Of a DNA stretch of 64,000 nucleotides, positions 1 to 18,987 are shown piece by piece (within the stretch, counting starts at the first letter, position 1; each line of letters starts with the position of its first letter). Made by a program: the position numbers and the translations under genes. The stretch lies in NCBI RefSeq assembly GCF_009914755.1, contig NC_060932.1; one strand, written 5' to 3'. The notes below the pieces were generated by a model. It was not told the DNA's origin, searched no databases, and worked only from the letters and a program-made list of their open reading frames with translations. Source of the stretch: the human T2T-CHM13v2.0 reference genome, Homo sapiens.

Positions 1-5396
<5,396 letters not shown>

Positions 5397-6264
5397 TCTT
5401 TAGATCTTTTTGTGGGGTCAAAACTGAGTCAGTTAGAACCTTCAGAGTAGTCACCTCTCTCCTGCCTAGAAGTGCAAGTTTAGTTGCAATGACTCTAAGA
5501 GCCAACTGGAAGAAGAGGACTGAGGGTTTCTTCACTTAGCATTCAGCACATATATGAACATTTAACTTCCCTCTTTTAAACAGAATACCCATTTGTCCTA
5601 CTTTGTCAGAGACCCTCTACTCTCTGCAAAGAATGAGCTTCCAGGATCTCTGTAGAGGTGGTGATGGTGGTGATGATAGGAGGGTAGGAGTGAAAAAGAA
5701 TCTAACTACTTTTCCAATGCTTTCAACATTTTTCCTGAAAAGACAGATTTTTAGGCTTCCTGGCTCCCTTGTCTCCGCTTTCCAAAGTTGGGCAGGGAGC
5801 TGATTCTATGGTACTGATTCAGCTCAGTAAAGCACAGTGAGATCTCAAGCTGCTTTAGAGAACAGAGTATGGAAACTTCTATGTTATACTCCAAGGCCAG
5901 TATACCTCTTAGTTATATAGAAAAAGAGTGATCTTCTCTTTCTACCCAGCCTATAAATATGCACGTTCAGGCCCCAGGAACATCAATGGCAGCTTGGAGA
6001 ATATTATATATAGGGGTTTGTTTTCAATATCTTCTCATTTCAGCACTTAGCCTTGTTTTGTCTTGTAGGTCACTTACTTCTGGACTATATTCTTTCTGGC
6101 TTCCAAACATTTATTGCTCATATTTTCTCTCTTGGTCTCCTCATTTTTGTGGCTTATGTCTGTTTTTAGAAAAAAATACTTTGCTATAGTTTTAGTGGTA
6201 TTTTGGCTCTGTGTATTTCTGAATTGCCCTCTTAACCCAGAACTGAACATTTTTTCCCCCTCAC

Positions 6265-6330
6265 CAGTGCATCTTCAATACCTGGTGTAGTGCCTGGCAC
6301 ATAAGTAGGTGCTCAATTAAGACTTTGTTG
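6265..6330 (+). mobile_element. L2 3'-end fragment
   Basis: 'tagtgcctggcacataagtaggtgctcaattaa' resembles the L2/MIR 3' terminus. Confidence 0.5.
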
Positions 6331-6591
6331 ACCTCAACCCACATTACCTATAATATTTATACTGTCACTGGCTATCCTCATGATCTCCAGAGAATTACTG
6401 TTAGCCTCAAATAAAGTGACACAATGTATATTAAGGCACCTTGTAATTTGGTTGTATGATTAGGATAAAGATGAAGGTTGTGACAATGCTTTCTCTCTTT
6501 CTTTGTGTGTCTGGTTTCTCGTTATTTCCTTTAGATATATAATTTCTAATCTTCATTAAAAACTTGCAAAATTGTGATTAATCCCATTTCA

Positions 6592-9278
6592 TAGGAACAG
6601 CTTATTTTATTGCACTTTATGGTCCTTTGCAAATATTGCATTTCTTTTTAACAAATTAAAGATTTGTGACAACTCTGTGTTTGCGGCAAGTGTATGCATG
6701 CCATTTTTCCAATAGCATGTGCTCACTTCCTTTCTCTGTATCACATTTTGATAATTCCTGCAATATTTCAAACTCTTTCATTATTATTATATTTGTTATG
6801 ATTATCTTTGATCAGTGATCTTTGATGTTACTATTGTAATTTTGGAGGGGCACCACAAACTGCATTTATATAGGATGGTGAACTTACTTGATAAATGTTG
6901 TGTGTGTTCTGACTGCTTCATTAACTGGCCATTTCCTCAGTTCTTTCCTTTTTTTCTCTCTAGTCCCTGAGAAACAATGATATAAAAATTAGGCAAGTTA
7001 ATAACTCTACAGTGAGTGGCCTCTAAGTATTCAAGTGAAAGGAAGTGTTGCATGTCTCTCATTTTAAATCAAAAGCTAGAAATGTTTGAGCTTAGTGAGG
7101 AAGGCATGTAGAAAGCCAAGAGACGCCAAAAGCTAGGCTTCTTGTGCCAAACAGTTAGCTAAATTGTAAATGCAAAGAACATTTAAAATGTTACTTCAGT
7201 GAATACAAATGATAAGAAAGTGAGTCAGACTTATTGCTAATATAAAGAAAGTTTGAGTGGTCTGGATACATCAAATTAGCCACAACATTTCCTTAAGCCA
7301 AAGCCTAATCCGAAGCAAGGCCCTCACTCTCTTCAATGCTGTGAAGGCTTAGAGGGATGAAGAAGCTGCAGATACATAGTTGGGAAGCTAGCAGAGGTTG
7401 GTTCATGAGGTTTAAGGAAAGAAGCCATCTCCATAACATAAAAGTGCAAGGTGAAGCAAGAAGTGCTAATATAAGGCTGCAGAAAGTTATTTAGAAGATC
7501 TGGCTAAGATAATTGATGAAGATGGCAATACCAAACCTTTTGGTAGATGAAAAGGTGCCATCTAGAAGAATAAGAAGAGGAAATAGAAGAAGAAGAAGAA
7601 GAAGAAGAAGAAGGAGAAGGAGAAGGAGAAGGAGAAGGAGAAGGAGAAGAAGAAGAAGAAGAAGAAGAAGAAGAAGAAGAAGAAGAAACGGTGTAGATGA
7701 AAAGGTGCCATCTAGAAGAAGTAGATGTAAATGATAAGGTGCCATCTAGAAGAAGAGGAAATTGAAGAAGAAGAAGACGAAGAAGAAGACGAAGACGAAG
7801 AAGAAGAAGAAGAAGAACAAGAAGAAGAAGTAGAAGAAGCTGCTATCTAGAACTTCAAAAGAAAGAGAGAAGCCAATGCCTAACTTCAGAGCTTTGACGG
7901 AAGGCTGACTGTGTTGTTAAGAACTAATGCAGCTGGTGACTTTATGTTGAAACCAATGCTCATCTACCATTCTGAAAATCCCCGGGCCATTAAGAATTAT
8001 GCTAAGTCTGTTCTGCCTGTGTTCTAGAAATGGAACAACAAAGTCTGGATTACAGCATATCAGTTCATGACATGGTTTACTGAATATCTGAAACTCACTG
8101 TTGAGACCTACTGCTCAGAAAAAAATATTTCTTTCAAAATATTACTGTTCATTGTCAATATACCTAGGTACCCAATAACTCTGATAGAGATGTACAGGGA
8201 GAATAATTTTGTTTTTATGCCTGCTAACATAGCATCTATTCTGCAGCCCATGGATCAAGGATTAATTTTGACTTTCAAGTTTTATTATTTAAGAAATACA
8301 TTTTCTAAGGCTATAGCTGACATGATTCCTTTGATGGATCTGGGCAAAGTAAATTGAGAACCTTCTGGAAAGGATTCACCATTCTAGATTTCATTAAGAA
8401 CATTCATCATTCATGGGAGAAAGTGAAAATATCCACATTAACAGGAGTTTGGAAGATGTTGATTCTAACCCTCCTGGATGACTTCAAAGGATCCAAGATT
8501 TCAGTAGAGGAAGTCACTGCAGATGTGGTGGAAATAGCAAGAGAACTAGGATTAGAAATGGAGCCTGGAGATGGGGCTAAATTGCTGCAATATCATGATA
8601 ACACTTGAGCGAATGCGGAGTTCTTTCTTATAGATGAATAAAGACAGTGGTTTCTTGAGATGGAATCTACTGCTGGTGAAGATGCTGTGAACATTGTTGA
8701 AATGACAACAAAAGATTTAGAATATTTTGTAAACTTAGTTGATAAAACAGCGGCAGGATTTGAGAGGATGGACTCCAAGTTTGAAAGAAGTTCTGCTATG
8801 GGTAAAATACAGTCAAACGGCATCGCATGCTGCAGAGAAATCTTTCATGAAAGACAGAATAATTTGATGTGGCAACCTTCACTGTAGTTTGAATGACTTT
8901 AATGTGGGGTGGCACATTTTAATGTTTTTGAATGGCTTGAATGTAGGGTGGCTTAAGAAATTTCCACAGCCACTTAACCTTCAGCAACTGCCACTCTGAT
9001 AGGTCAGCAATCATCAACATGGAGACAAGACTCTCCAGCAGTAAGATGAGGTTTTGCTCAAGGCTCTGATGGTCATTAGCATGTTTTAATTATAAAGCAC
9101 TTTTAAATTAAGGCTTGTTTTTTTAGACATAACACTATTGCACACTTAATAGACTATGGTGTAAACGTAAGTTTTATATGCACTGGAAAGCCAAAAAATA
9201 TGTGTGACTCACTTATTTCAATATTTGCTTTATTGCAGTGGTCTGGAACCAAACCTGCAACTCTCTGAGCTATGCTTG
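6592..9278 (+). mobile_element. Full-length Tigger1 DNA transposon (TcMar/pogo family), decayed transposase
   Basis: Degenerate termini (taggaacagctt.../...gagctatgcttg followed by TA); transposase fragments '[21 protein letters not shown]' and '[20 protein letters not shown]'. Confidence 0.95.
7543..7853 (+). repeat. Compound (GAA)n/(GGAGAA)n microsatellite with repeated 'gtgccatctagaag' blocks, inside Tigger1
   Basis: Directly visible; 28-bp exact repeat at 7543-7570 and 7693-7720. Confidence 0.95.
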
Positions 9279-10849
9279 TATTTTCTTTTTCTTCTCATTT
9301 TCTATTCTCATTGTCATTCTTGCCAATTTCAAGTGAAAAGTTTTTTATATTTTAGTTTTTGTTCATTTATAAAGAGCAAGCCACATAAAGATCTTGATTT
9401 TTTACTAAGACACATTTTCTTGGGTTTAGTTTTGGCTATTGAGATGACAAGTTACTAAACAACCAGGATTCCACTTATATTAATTTTACCTCATCACTAA
9501 AAAACACACAAAAAACCCAAAACACATGTCTGAAACTTTATCCTACTTCCAAAGAATGCTAGAGGCATGGTAAACCAGTTTTGAGGTATTAATCAAAAAG
9601 TTTAAGTTATTTAGGCCCCAAACCCACATTACTTGATTCAACTTCTATTTTAAAATAAAGTTAGTCCTAAATTAAATTTTAATTGCAGAGAATACATGGG
9701 TATTCACAAGGCTGCTAGGCAGACTAAATAGGAAAAAAGGGGAAATGAGAACATTTAGTCCATGAACCCCAACACTAAAACATAAACACACATGTGTTCC
9801 CATATGGAGAAACTGTGGGATTCTAAAGCAGTGCAGAGGCACAGTGCTTTCCTATGCTGCCTGGATTGATTATAACTGAGAAAACCAGGCAAATTCTGGT
9901 CAGGGGAAAAGTGTCTTCACCATACAAGAAGCTTCCCTCCCCCAGTAGGGCTGCATTAGCATTCGTTTCTTAGGTTCCCAGGTGAACAGTGTCGATGTAA
10001 TTACATTTTGTGTAATCTTAGCAAAACCAAAAGAGCAATATACTCAATTCAAATGCAATGGGAAAATGCTATGCTTTACAATAGCACAGATCTTTGTTCC
10101 TCTTCAGAGGCACTTTCATCCCCTGCATCAGAAGAGGGAGGTGAGATTTCAGTAGAGTACATCTCTGCTCTGAGAGGTATTTGAGAAGGGTCATGCTCTT
10201 GCTGTAATGGGTCCTTCTTCAAACCCCAAGCAATAGCATCTCGAAGCTTACTCCTTAAACCATCCCTAAATTACCCTGCTCAGGTTGTGCAGATGGATAT
10301 TGTTGTGTGGCTCCTGAAAGATCAAAAGGAAGCTGAGACAAACCCAAGCTGGTTGCCTCTGCCCTTTAATATGTAAAAAGCAAAACCCAACAAAACAGTT
10401 GCCTGTGTTAATTGCTACTCTCAAAGGAGTGAGCTGGGGGCAAGAAAATGAGTGAGCTCTAAAACTGTAGTCAGAGCAAAGACCTTGAGCGACAAGGTTA
10501 GCCAAGAAAGATTAAAAAAAAATCATCTAGTTAAAAACCTCACTAGTTGAATGGGATGACAGATGAATGATGGATGCAGGTGGGAAAATGGGATTCCCTT
10601 CAAAGAAAAGAGTGTGATGTGCAAGGCAATGAGAAAACTCGAGGTCCTGGTGCGTGGCGCAGGGAGCAGATAATGCCTGTCTCTTGTGCTCATTGTATTG
10701 TTAGAAGCTGCTGAAATAAATCCTCTGGGGAGCTGCTATAAAAGAAGGCAAACCTGAGAGCAGTTTCCCATTTTGGTATACATTTAGAGGAATTGTAATT
10801 GTCATTGTGCTGCTCTTTAAGGTCAAGTTTTTATGAAAAGTAAAACTGA

Positions 10850-11060
10850 GGAGTGTGGGCTTTTGAGCCAAACACATTGAGACCCTATTTCACTGTTAAC
10901 TAGTTATGACGCTATTTTTAACCTCAAGGAGCCTTGGTTTTTCAACGTGTAAAATGGGAATAACAATAATCTCCTTTCTCTTCTGTTATAAGGAGTGGTG
11001 ATAATGAGGTTAAAGTAAGTAGAATCGTGCCAGGCACGGAAGAGGTGCTACAGGGATGGT
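10850..11060 (+). mobile_element. MIR SINE
   Basis: Core 'gagccttggtttttcaacgtgtaaaatgggaataacaata'. Confidence 0.75.
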
Positions 11061-12774
11061 AGATATTATTTGGGTGCTAGAAATAACAATGAAGAAATAA
11101 AACCTTGGATATAGTTTTTAAAATATGTCATATCACGGACAGCAATGAATCCTATTGATCTTCAGGATGAAAGGGTGAAACTGTGTGTGTGGATGAGTGA
11201 ATATTATTGATGATATCTGAACGACAAATAAACAAAGAAGTGAAAACAGAGAAACAACAAAGGTTAAACCCTAAAACCCAAAACTAAAACCAATACCAAA
11301 AGAAACACAAACCCTTTCTGGTTTAAACAAATTTGTAAGAATTAGGAAGATATTAGAGCCACTATTCTGGTTCAAATTTTCATTCTTTCAAACTAAATTG
11401 CTCAAATAGTCTCGCAATCTAATATTTAATAGAGTGCTTGGTACTCTGTATTTATGAATGAGTGAAGGGATGAAATGAATATGCAAATGAATGAGCAGAC
11501 TTCAATAAATTCTCAGTGTAACTAGTTTAACTTTCCTGAGTCCTTATTATCACACCGTCAGGCTCTTGCTTTAGAACCAAGTGCCATCTCACTCCAGGGA
11601 TGTTCAAGGGTCTCCTATAGTCACAGGGAGCAGTGACGTGACACTCGGGTCAGAGTGAAAGAAAATTCCCACATCTAGCAAGTTTCAGCTACCTTCTTTT
11701 TCACCAGTGGAAAATACTCTAAAAACATCTCCCAGAAAAGATGTCAAACTGTGTCATTAGCATCATTTTAATATTTGTTATCATCCTCCTAAAATCAAGT
11801 TATTTCTCAATGCTCAGCTATGCAATTCCCAACCACGAAGCTGCTGGCACTGTTTCCTCCTCTCCAGTGGGTGCTTTGTCCTCCCACTCCTGACTGTCAG
11901 TAAAACTGGCTGAATAAGAAGGTGTCAGGAATTTCCACAAATAATTAAAGCATAAAGATAAATAATAAATGACTAGTGCAAGAGAATGCTCCTTTTCTCT
12001 CCATATGCACCCGGTGAAGAAAGAACACTGGAGATCCAAGAGAATCCAAAGCCTGCCACTGGTTTCCTCAAACACATTTACATCACTTCTTCATTTTTCT
12101 GCTGAAATATTTATTGTCTTAAGAACAGTAACATTTTTATTTCTACAGAGTATCTGTAGAGACTGTAGTTTGACTTCCTTTCCTTTAAAGGAAGAATGAA
12201 GTAGACATGTTAAAATAATTAAAATTCAGGTTCAGAATAAAAAATATCTATTTTACAAACGTTCTGATGCAACTCTGGACTGGCTGTCTCTGTCTTTCTG
12301 CCTTCTCTTTCTGTCTCAGAAACATCTTCATTCCCTAGTTCTCTCTTGTTTTACATGTATTTGTTGTTCACAACAATAGAGAGAAAATAAATGGAATGAA
12401 AAAAGGAAATCGGCAGGTAGGATGGAGTAACATTAACTTAGCTTCCAAAGAGAACTTTGAAGATATTTGCAGCTTTTCATTGTCATTTGCAACTTAGGAC
12501 TCCAGACAGGGGAACATAGTATCATCTGGGGGTCCCTAAGAGGTGTACAGGGAAGGAAGTCGCATAACTTCCAGAAAAACTGAACAACTTCCCAGTTAAA
12601 AACAAAAACATAGTAATTTACTCAGAAATAGGTTTTGTTTGTGTATTTGCCAGGTCCTTTTGTATTGAAAATTTCAGAAAGGCAGTGAACATATTTGTTT
12701 AACTCATTAATGCATTTCTAATGCCTATCAAGTAGGAACTGTATAATATATATTTGCTGAATGAGTAGCAACAG

Positions 12775-12990
12775 CTAATATTGATTGATCAATTTCTTTG
12801 TGTCAGATACTCTGGTAAGAACTTTGCAACCCAGTCTGTTCAATCCTAGTGCTGCTATCATTGCAACTCCTAATGATTTCAGTGAGGCTGAGGATGCAGA
12901 GATGAAGATAAGTGGAAAACTTACCATGGTCACTGGCTGGCAAGGGGTGGAACCAGGCTTCAGACTCAGGCAGGCCAGCTCCAGAGCCTG
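12775..12990 (-). mobile_element. MIR SINE
   Basis: 'ggtcactggctggcaaggggtggaaccaggcttcagactcaggcag...ctccagagcc' resembles the reverse MIR core. Confidence 0.65.
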
Positions 12991-13020
12991 TTAATAAATA
13001 TCTGTTGGCTTATTAGAATA

Positions 13021-13852
13021 TATGTGGATATAGGAAAAACCAAAATGTTTTCTTACCCTCTATTCTTAAACAGTCATTCAACACTTCAGACACAAGATGA
13101 GTGGAGGTTTTGCTCCACACGCCAGGCAATTCTGTGGCAGACTAATCAAATTCAGTTCTGACACTATCTACGTAGAGAGTGTCCAATTCCACGGGTTGAA
13201 GACTCGGCCCTACAAGACTGCCCCCACTTCAGACACCAATTGGAAGCACAGATTGTGACCTGTGATTCTGACACACAGGTTATAAATTGGGGTTCCTATG
13301 GTCACCTCCTCAGGTTCAATTAATTTGCTAGAGTAGCTCACAAAACTCAGGGAAATACTTAACTTACATTTACCAGTTTATTATAAAGGATGTTACAAAG
13401 GATATGTATAAAAAGCCAGATGAAAGCAAGGTATGTGGCAAGAGACATGGAATTTACATACCCTCTGTGGACACCACACTCCAGGAATCTCCATGTGTTC
13501 AACTCGCTGAAAGACCCTCCAGATCTTGTCCTTTTGGGTTTTTATGGAGACTTTATTGTGCAGGCATGATTGATTACATCATTGGCCATTGGTCATCAAT
13601 TAAACTTTTAGCTCCTTTCCCCTCCTTAGAGGTTGGTGGGGGAGGGTGGGCCTGAAAGTCCTAACACTGGAATCATGTCTTTGGACTTTCTGGTGACCAG
13701 TCCCCATCCTAAAGCCATCAAGAGGCCCCTAGCTATCAGTCGTCTCATCAGCACACAAGAGACACTCTTATTACTTCAGAGATTACAAAGGTTTTAAGAA
13801 CTGTTGTCAACAACCTGGGATGAAGACCAAATATGTATTTCACAATATCACA
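13021..13852 (-). mobile_element. MER21-family solo LTR
   Basis: Minus strand begins 'tgtgatattgtgaaatacatatttggtcttc'; 5-bp TSD gaata at 13016-13020 and 13853-13857. Confidence 0.85.
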
Positions 13853-14149
13853 GAATATTAAGACAATATTTAAGTGAAGAGTTATTTCACATATTGTGGG
13901 TAGTTCAGCAGAGGGGGAAAGATTTCAAGACTTCTGTGTTCTCTTGACAGCATTAATAACCTAGACCAATCCATAGTTCAGATCGTAAGGGTAATATTTG
14001 GTCCCAAAATTACTTAGACTATTCCATAATACCTGTATGGGTATTAGGTTAATCAAATCTTGGGAATTCTTGTGCAAGTATTGGAGCTGTGTTCTGAACT
14101 ATGTCCTTGCAGAACCGTTAGATTGTAAATTTCTTGAGAATATACTAGT

Positions 14150-14745
14150 GAATGAATTCATTCACTTAACTTTTATTTCGTACCTACTGTATTTCAAGTA
14201 CATTGCTAGGCCAAGGGAAATGTGTGTTATATACATCTTTATATGCTTGCAGTCCAGCAAAGTACTTTCAGAGTTTACTTCAAATATATTACTCATTAGA
14301 AGTTTATTAACAAACAAATTTAATAAGGCAGGGTGCAGAGGCAGAGGAAAAAAGTTTGAGGTGGGAGCTAATGAGTTCAGTTTGGACTGTTGTTTTTGAT
14401 GTACCTCTGGTACCTGAGCAGATTCAAGCAGTGTGAAGTTTCCTTTGAGAGTGTATAGAGTTAGAAAAGAGGCAGAAAGATAAAACCCTCGGGCTCAATA
14501 AAATTTGAGAGGTGGAAGAGACTGAGGGGAAAAAAAAGTCTAGAAAAGCAGGAAAAACATCAAGGAAGTCTGGTAGTTTATAAGCATAGCTTTTTATTTG
14601 CATTTTCTTGATTACCAGTGATGAACAGCCTCTTTACAAATACTGTATTTATTAGCCATATTGATACCCTCTTTTGTTAAGACAGTTTAATAAACAAAGA
14701 AGTAGTTAGTGGTCAATAGTGTCAATTTTGGTAGGAGATCTTCGT
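14150..14745 (-). mobile_element. L2 fragments
   Basis: 'gagttcagtttggactgt', 'gtggtcaatagtgtcaa' and 'attcattcacttaac' are typical of reverse L2. Confidence 0.55.
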
Positions 14746-14759
14746 AAGTAATACTTTTT

Positions 14760-16335
14760 TTGTTTTATTTTATCATATATTTTAAAAATTATACTGGAAT
14801 ATAACAGGCACACAGTAAATTACAGAATACATAATGTAGAACTAGTATAGTATTATAGTGAACAGCCATGCAGCCACCAACTAGAGCAAGATATAGTACA
14901 CTGATAGCAACCCAGAAGTCCCCTCTATGGCTCTTCTGAGTTACAATGCACACTTTCTACTCTTGATGTTTATGATAATTGTTTCCATACTTTTCTTCAC
15001 TTTTTATTCCAAAATGTGCATGCCTAAACACTATAGTTTTGCTTGTTTTTAAACCCTATAGAAATGAAGTAATGTGTTCTTTTGTGTCTGGCTTCTCTTG
15101 CTCGATAACATGTCTATGAGATTTACCCATGCTGTTACATGTTGCTGTAGTTAATGTTCTGTGTGGGGTAGTATTCCACAATATGAATATATAGCACCAT
15201 GCTGTTGTATGAATATAGCACCATTGTGTTGCTGATGAATATTTAGCTGTATGAAAAATCCTACTATAAACATTTTTGTAAATGCCTCTTGGTGCAAATA
15301 TTCACACAATATTTTTTGTAAATACCTAGGGTAAAATTTTTTTCATGATGCCTGTGTGTATTCAAATTTAGTATATAATGTTAAACTCTTCCAAACCAGT
15401 TGTAGCAAATTATACTTCTACCAGTAATATATGAAGTTTCCTGTGGCTTCAAGTATTCTCCAACATTTGTTACTGTCAGTCTTTTTAGTTTTAGCATCTT
15501 TTTTTTTTTTTTCTGGTGGATATATCATGGTGTCTTATGGTGCTTTTATTTATATTTCCTTGATTGCTAATGAAGTTCAGCAACATCACTTATTCTGTCA
15601 GCCATATGGATATCTGATCTTTTTCCTGTTTGTTTTCAAATAATACTACCTTTCTCTTAAAAATGATTTATAAAAAAACCTTTATTTTTTGGATCAAGTT
15701 CTTTGTGAAATGTATATATTGTATATACCTTCTTCTGCTCCACAGCTGCTTGCTTTTCTATTCTCTCAATGGCACCTTAGATGAGCAGACACTTAATTTT
15801 AGTGCAGTCAAATTTATCATTTTTAATAGTTATGTACATTTATTTTTTTTAAAAAAAACCTTACACTGAAGTCATAAAATTTTCTTTTATACCAATTTGT
15901 AAAAGTTTGTTATTTTTCTTTTTCACATTTAGATCTAATCCTCTTGAAATTAAGCTTTGAGTCTGGCCAATTTTATTTTAGCCATATAAAGATAAAATTA
16001 TCTTAGCACTATTTATTGGGAGAAAAAAAAATAACCATCTTTTCTTTATGGCTCTGCAGGGACATTTCACCAAAAATCAACAGCCTATTTTTTGGATATC
16101 TATTTGATTTCATTGGTAAATATGTATATTTATTAAGAATTTTACCTATCTGTCTATATCTATCTATCTATTTTTCTATCTATCTATCTAATTTTGTGCC
16201 AAGATCACACTGTCTTAACTATTGTAGTTTTATAATATGTCTTGATTATTTTTAGAGGAAGTCCTCTCATCTTTTTGTTTTTGTTGTAGAGTATCTTGGT
16301 TATTCTTGACCCATTGCATTTTCTTGTTCATTTTT
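14760..16335 (-). mobile_element. Ancient L1M (L1ME-like) 3' portion
   Basis: Diverged L1 3'UTR and ORF2 end ('tttgtgtctggcttctcttgctc', 'cacactgtcttaactattgtagttttataat'). Confidence 0.75.
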
Positions 16336-17609
16336 TCCAGCTTTATTAAGGTATGACTGACAAGTAAAAATTGTATATATTTAAAGTGTTCAATGTGATG
16401 ATTTGATTTATGTATATATTATGAAATTGTTATAACCAGTAAGCTAATTAAAATATCCATCAATTCACATAGTTATCTTTTTATTGTGATGAGATCCACT
16501 CTCCTAGCAAGTTTCAAATATATAATACATTATTAATTATTGTCACCATGTTGTACTTTAGGTCTCCACAACTTATTTGTCTCATAACTAAAAGTTTTTA
16601 CCGTTTGACCAACATTTTTTTGAAGAACCTCCATACTGTTTTCCACAATGTCTGTACCAATTTATATTCCTACCAACAGTGTATAAGAGCTCCCTTTTCT
16701 CCACATCCTTGTCAACATTTGTTATCTTTTGACATTTTGATAGTGGCCATCCTAACAAGTGTGAGGTGATAGCTCATTGTGATTTTGATTTGCATTTCCT
16801 TCATGGTTCATGATGCTGAGCACCTTTTCATTTACTTAGAGCGTATCTATTCAAATTCTTTGCTCATTTAAAAATCATGTTATTTATTTTCTTGCTAATG
16901 AGTCGCATGAACTTCTTATACATTTGGGATATCAACCCCCTATTGGATATATGGTTGACAAATATTTTCTCCCATTCCATGGGTTATCTTTTCATTTTGT
17001 TCATTTCATTTGATATGCAGAAACTTTTAAATGTGATGTAGTCTCATTTTATTTTTGCTTTTGCTCCCCATGCTTTTAGTGTCTTATCCAAAAAGTTCTT
17101 GAGAAGACCAAGATTAAGGAGATTTTTCTTTATGTTCTCTTCTAGTTTTACAGTTTCAGATCTTATGTTTAAGGCTTTAATCCATTTTGAGTTCCTTTTC
17201 ATGCATGGTATAAGATAAAGGTCCACTTTTATGATTATTTTTTTGCATACCAATATCCTGTTCTTCCAACAACATTGAAGAGATCATCCTTTCCCCATTC
17301 TGTATTCCTGGTCCTCTATTGAAAATGAGTTTACCGTGTATGTGTGAGCTTATTTGGGGGCTCCCTCTCTTTTGTTTCATTGGTTTATGTTGTCTGTTTT
17401 CATGGCAGTACCAGCTGTTTGATTACCGTAGCTTTACAGTATAATTCAAAATCAGGAAGGCTGATCCTTTTAGCTTTGTTGCTATTTCTCAAGATTGTTT
17501 TAACTATTCAGGGTCTATTGGGGTTTCATATGAATTCAAGAGTTGTTTTTTCTACAGAAAAATGCCACTGGAATTTTGAATCTATAAATTGGTTTGGGTA
17601 GTATAGATA

Positions 17610-17935
17610 TTTTTTTTTTCTTTTTCTTTTTTTCAGACAGGCTCTCACTCTGTCACCTAGGCTGGAGTGCAGTGGCACGATCTCAGCTCACTGCAGCCTT
17701 GACTTCCAGCAATCCTCCTACCTTAGCCTCTCAAGCGATCCTCCCACGTTAGCCTCCCAAGTAGCTGGGACTACAGGCATGTGTCAACATGCCCAAATTA
17801 TTTTTGTATTTGTTTGTAGAGACAGGGTTTTTTCATGTTGCCCAAGCTTGTCTCAAACTCCTGAGCTCAAATGACCCACCCACCTTGGCCTCCTAAAGTG
17901 CTGGGATTATAGGCATGAGCCACTGTACCCTGACC
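17610..17935 (-). mobile_element. AluJ
   Basis: Dimeric Alu with J-type 'ctgcagccttgacttcc', 'aagcgatcctcccac', 'ctcctgagctcaa'. Confidence 0.9.
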
Positions 17936-18987
17936 TGAACATTTTAACAATATTAATTATTCAAATCCATGAATATAAAATATCTTTCCATTTATTTGTT
18001 TCTTATTTGATTTCTTTCATCACTGTTTTATAGTTTTTAGTGTACAGATCTTTCACCTCCTTGGTTAAATATATTCCTAAGTATTTTATTCTTTTTAAAT
18101 ATTGTAAGTGGGATTGCTTTCTTAAGTTCTCTTTTGGATAATTCATTCTTAGTGTGTAGAAATGCTACTGATTTTTATATGTTAATTTTGTATTTTGCAA
18201 CTTTACTGAAGTTGTCAACTATTTCTGAGTTTTTTAGTGAAGTCTTTACAGTTTTCTTTATATAAGATCATGTTATCTGCAAACAGAGACAGTTTTACTT
18301 CTTCCTTTCTGATGTGGATGACTTTTATTCCTTTTTCTTGCCTAATTGCTCTGGGTAGGACTACCAGTGCTGTATTGAGTAAATGTGGTGAGAGTGGGCA
18401 ACTTTGTCTTATTTCTTGATCTTAAAAGAACAGCTTTCAGCTTTCATTGTTGAGTATTATGTTAGCTGTGCGCTTGAGATATATGGCTTTTATTATGTTG
18501 AGGTACATTCCTTCTATATCTAATTTGTTATTATGGAAGGATACCAAATTGTGTGAATTTTTTTTGTATCTATCGACATGACCATATAATTTGTATCCTT
18601 CATTCTGTTAATGTGGTGTATCACATTGATTAATTTGCTTATGATGAACCATCCTTGTATCTTAGGGATACATACCACTTGGTCATGGTGTATGGTTCTT
18701 TTAATGTGCTGTTAGATTTGGTTTGCTAGTATTTTGTTGGAGATTTTTGTGTCTATGCTTATCAGAGATATTATCCTGTAATTTTTTTTTCTTGTAGTAT
18801 TCTTGCCTAGTTTTGGTATCAGGGTAACACTGAACTATAAAATTAGTTTAGAACTTTTCCCTTCTCTTCAATATTCAAGAGTTTGAAAAAGATTGGCAAT
18901 AGTTCTTCTCTAAATGTTTGGTAGAATTCACCAATGAAGACATCCAGTCTTAGGCTTTTCTTTGTTGGGAGATTTTTTATTACTGAG

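Noticed and set aside
7491-7745. Poly-Arg and poly-Leu ORFs
   Set aside because: They are translations of the GAA/GGAGAA microsatellite, with no gene context.
7543-7853. Repeat-spacer pattern resembling a CRISPR array
   Set aside because: The spacers are simple repeats of uneven length, the DNA is primate, and there are no cas genes.
7010-8890. Possible domesticated Tigger transposase (TIGD-like gene)
   Set aside because: Multiple stops and frameshifts, and the catalytic region is replaced by a microsatellite.
11818-12075. 85-aa minus-strand ORF with an acceptor-like site
   Set aside because: No recognisable homology, and its length is within chance expectation.
15180-15255. Short tandem duplications (also 25809-25848)
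   Set aside because: Ordinary slippage duplications inside decayed L1s.
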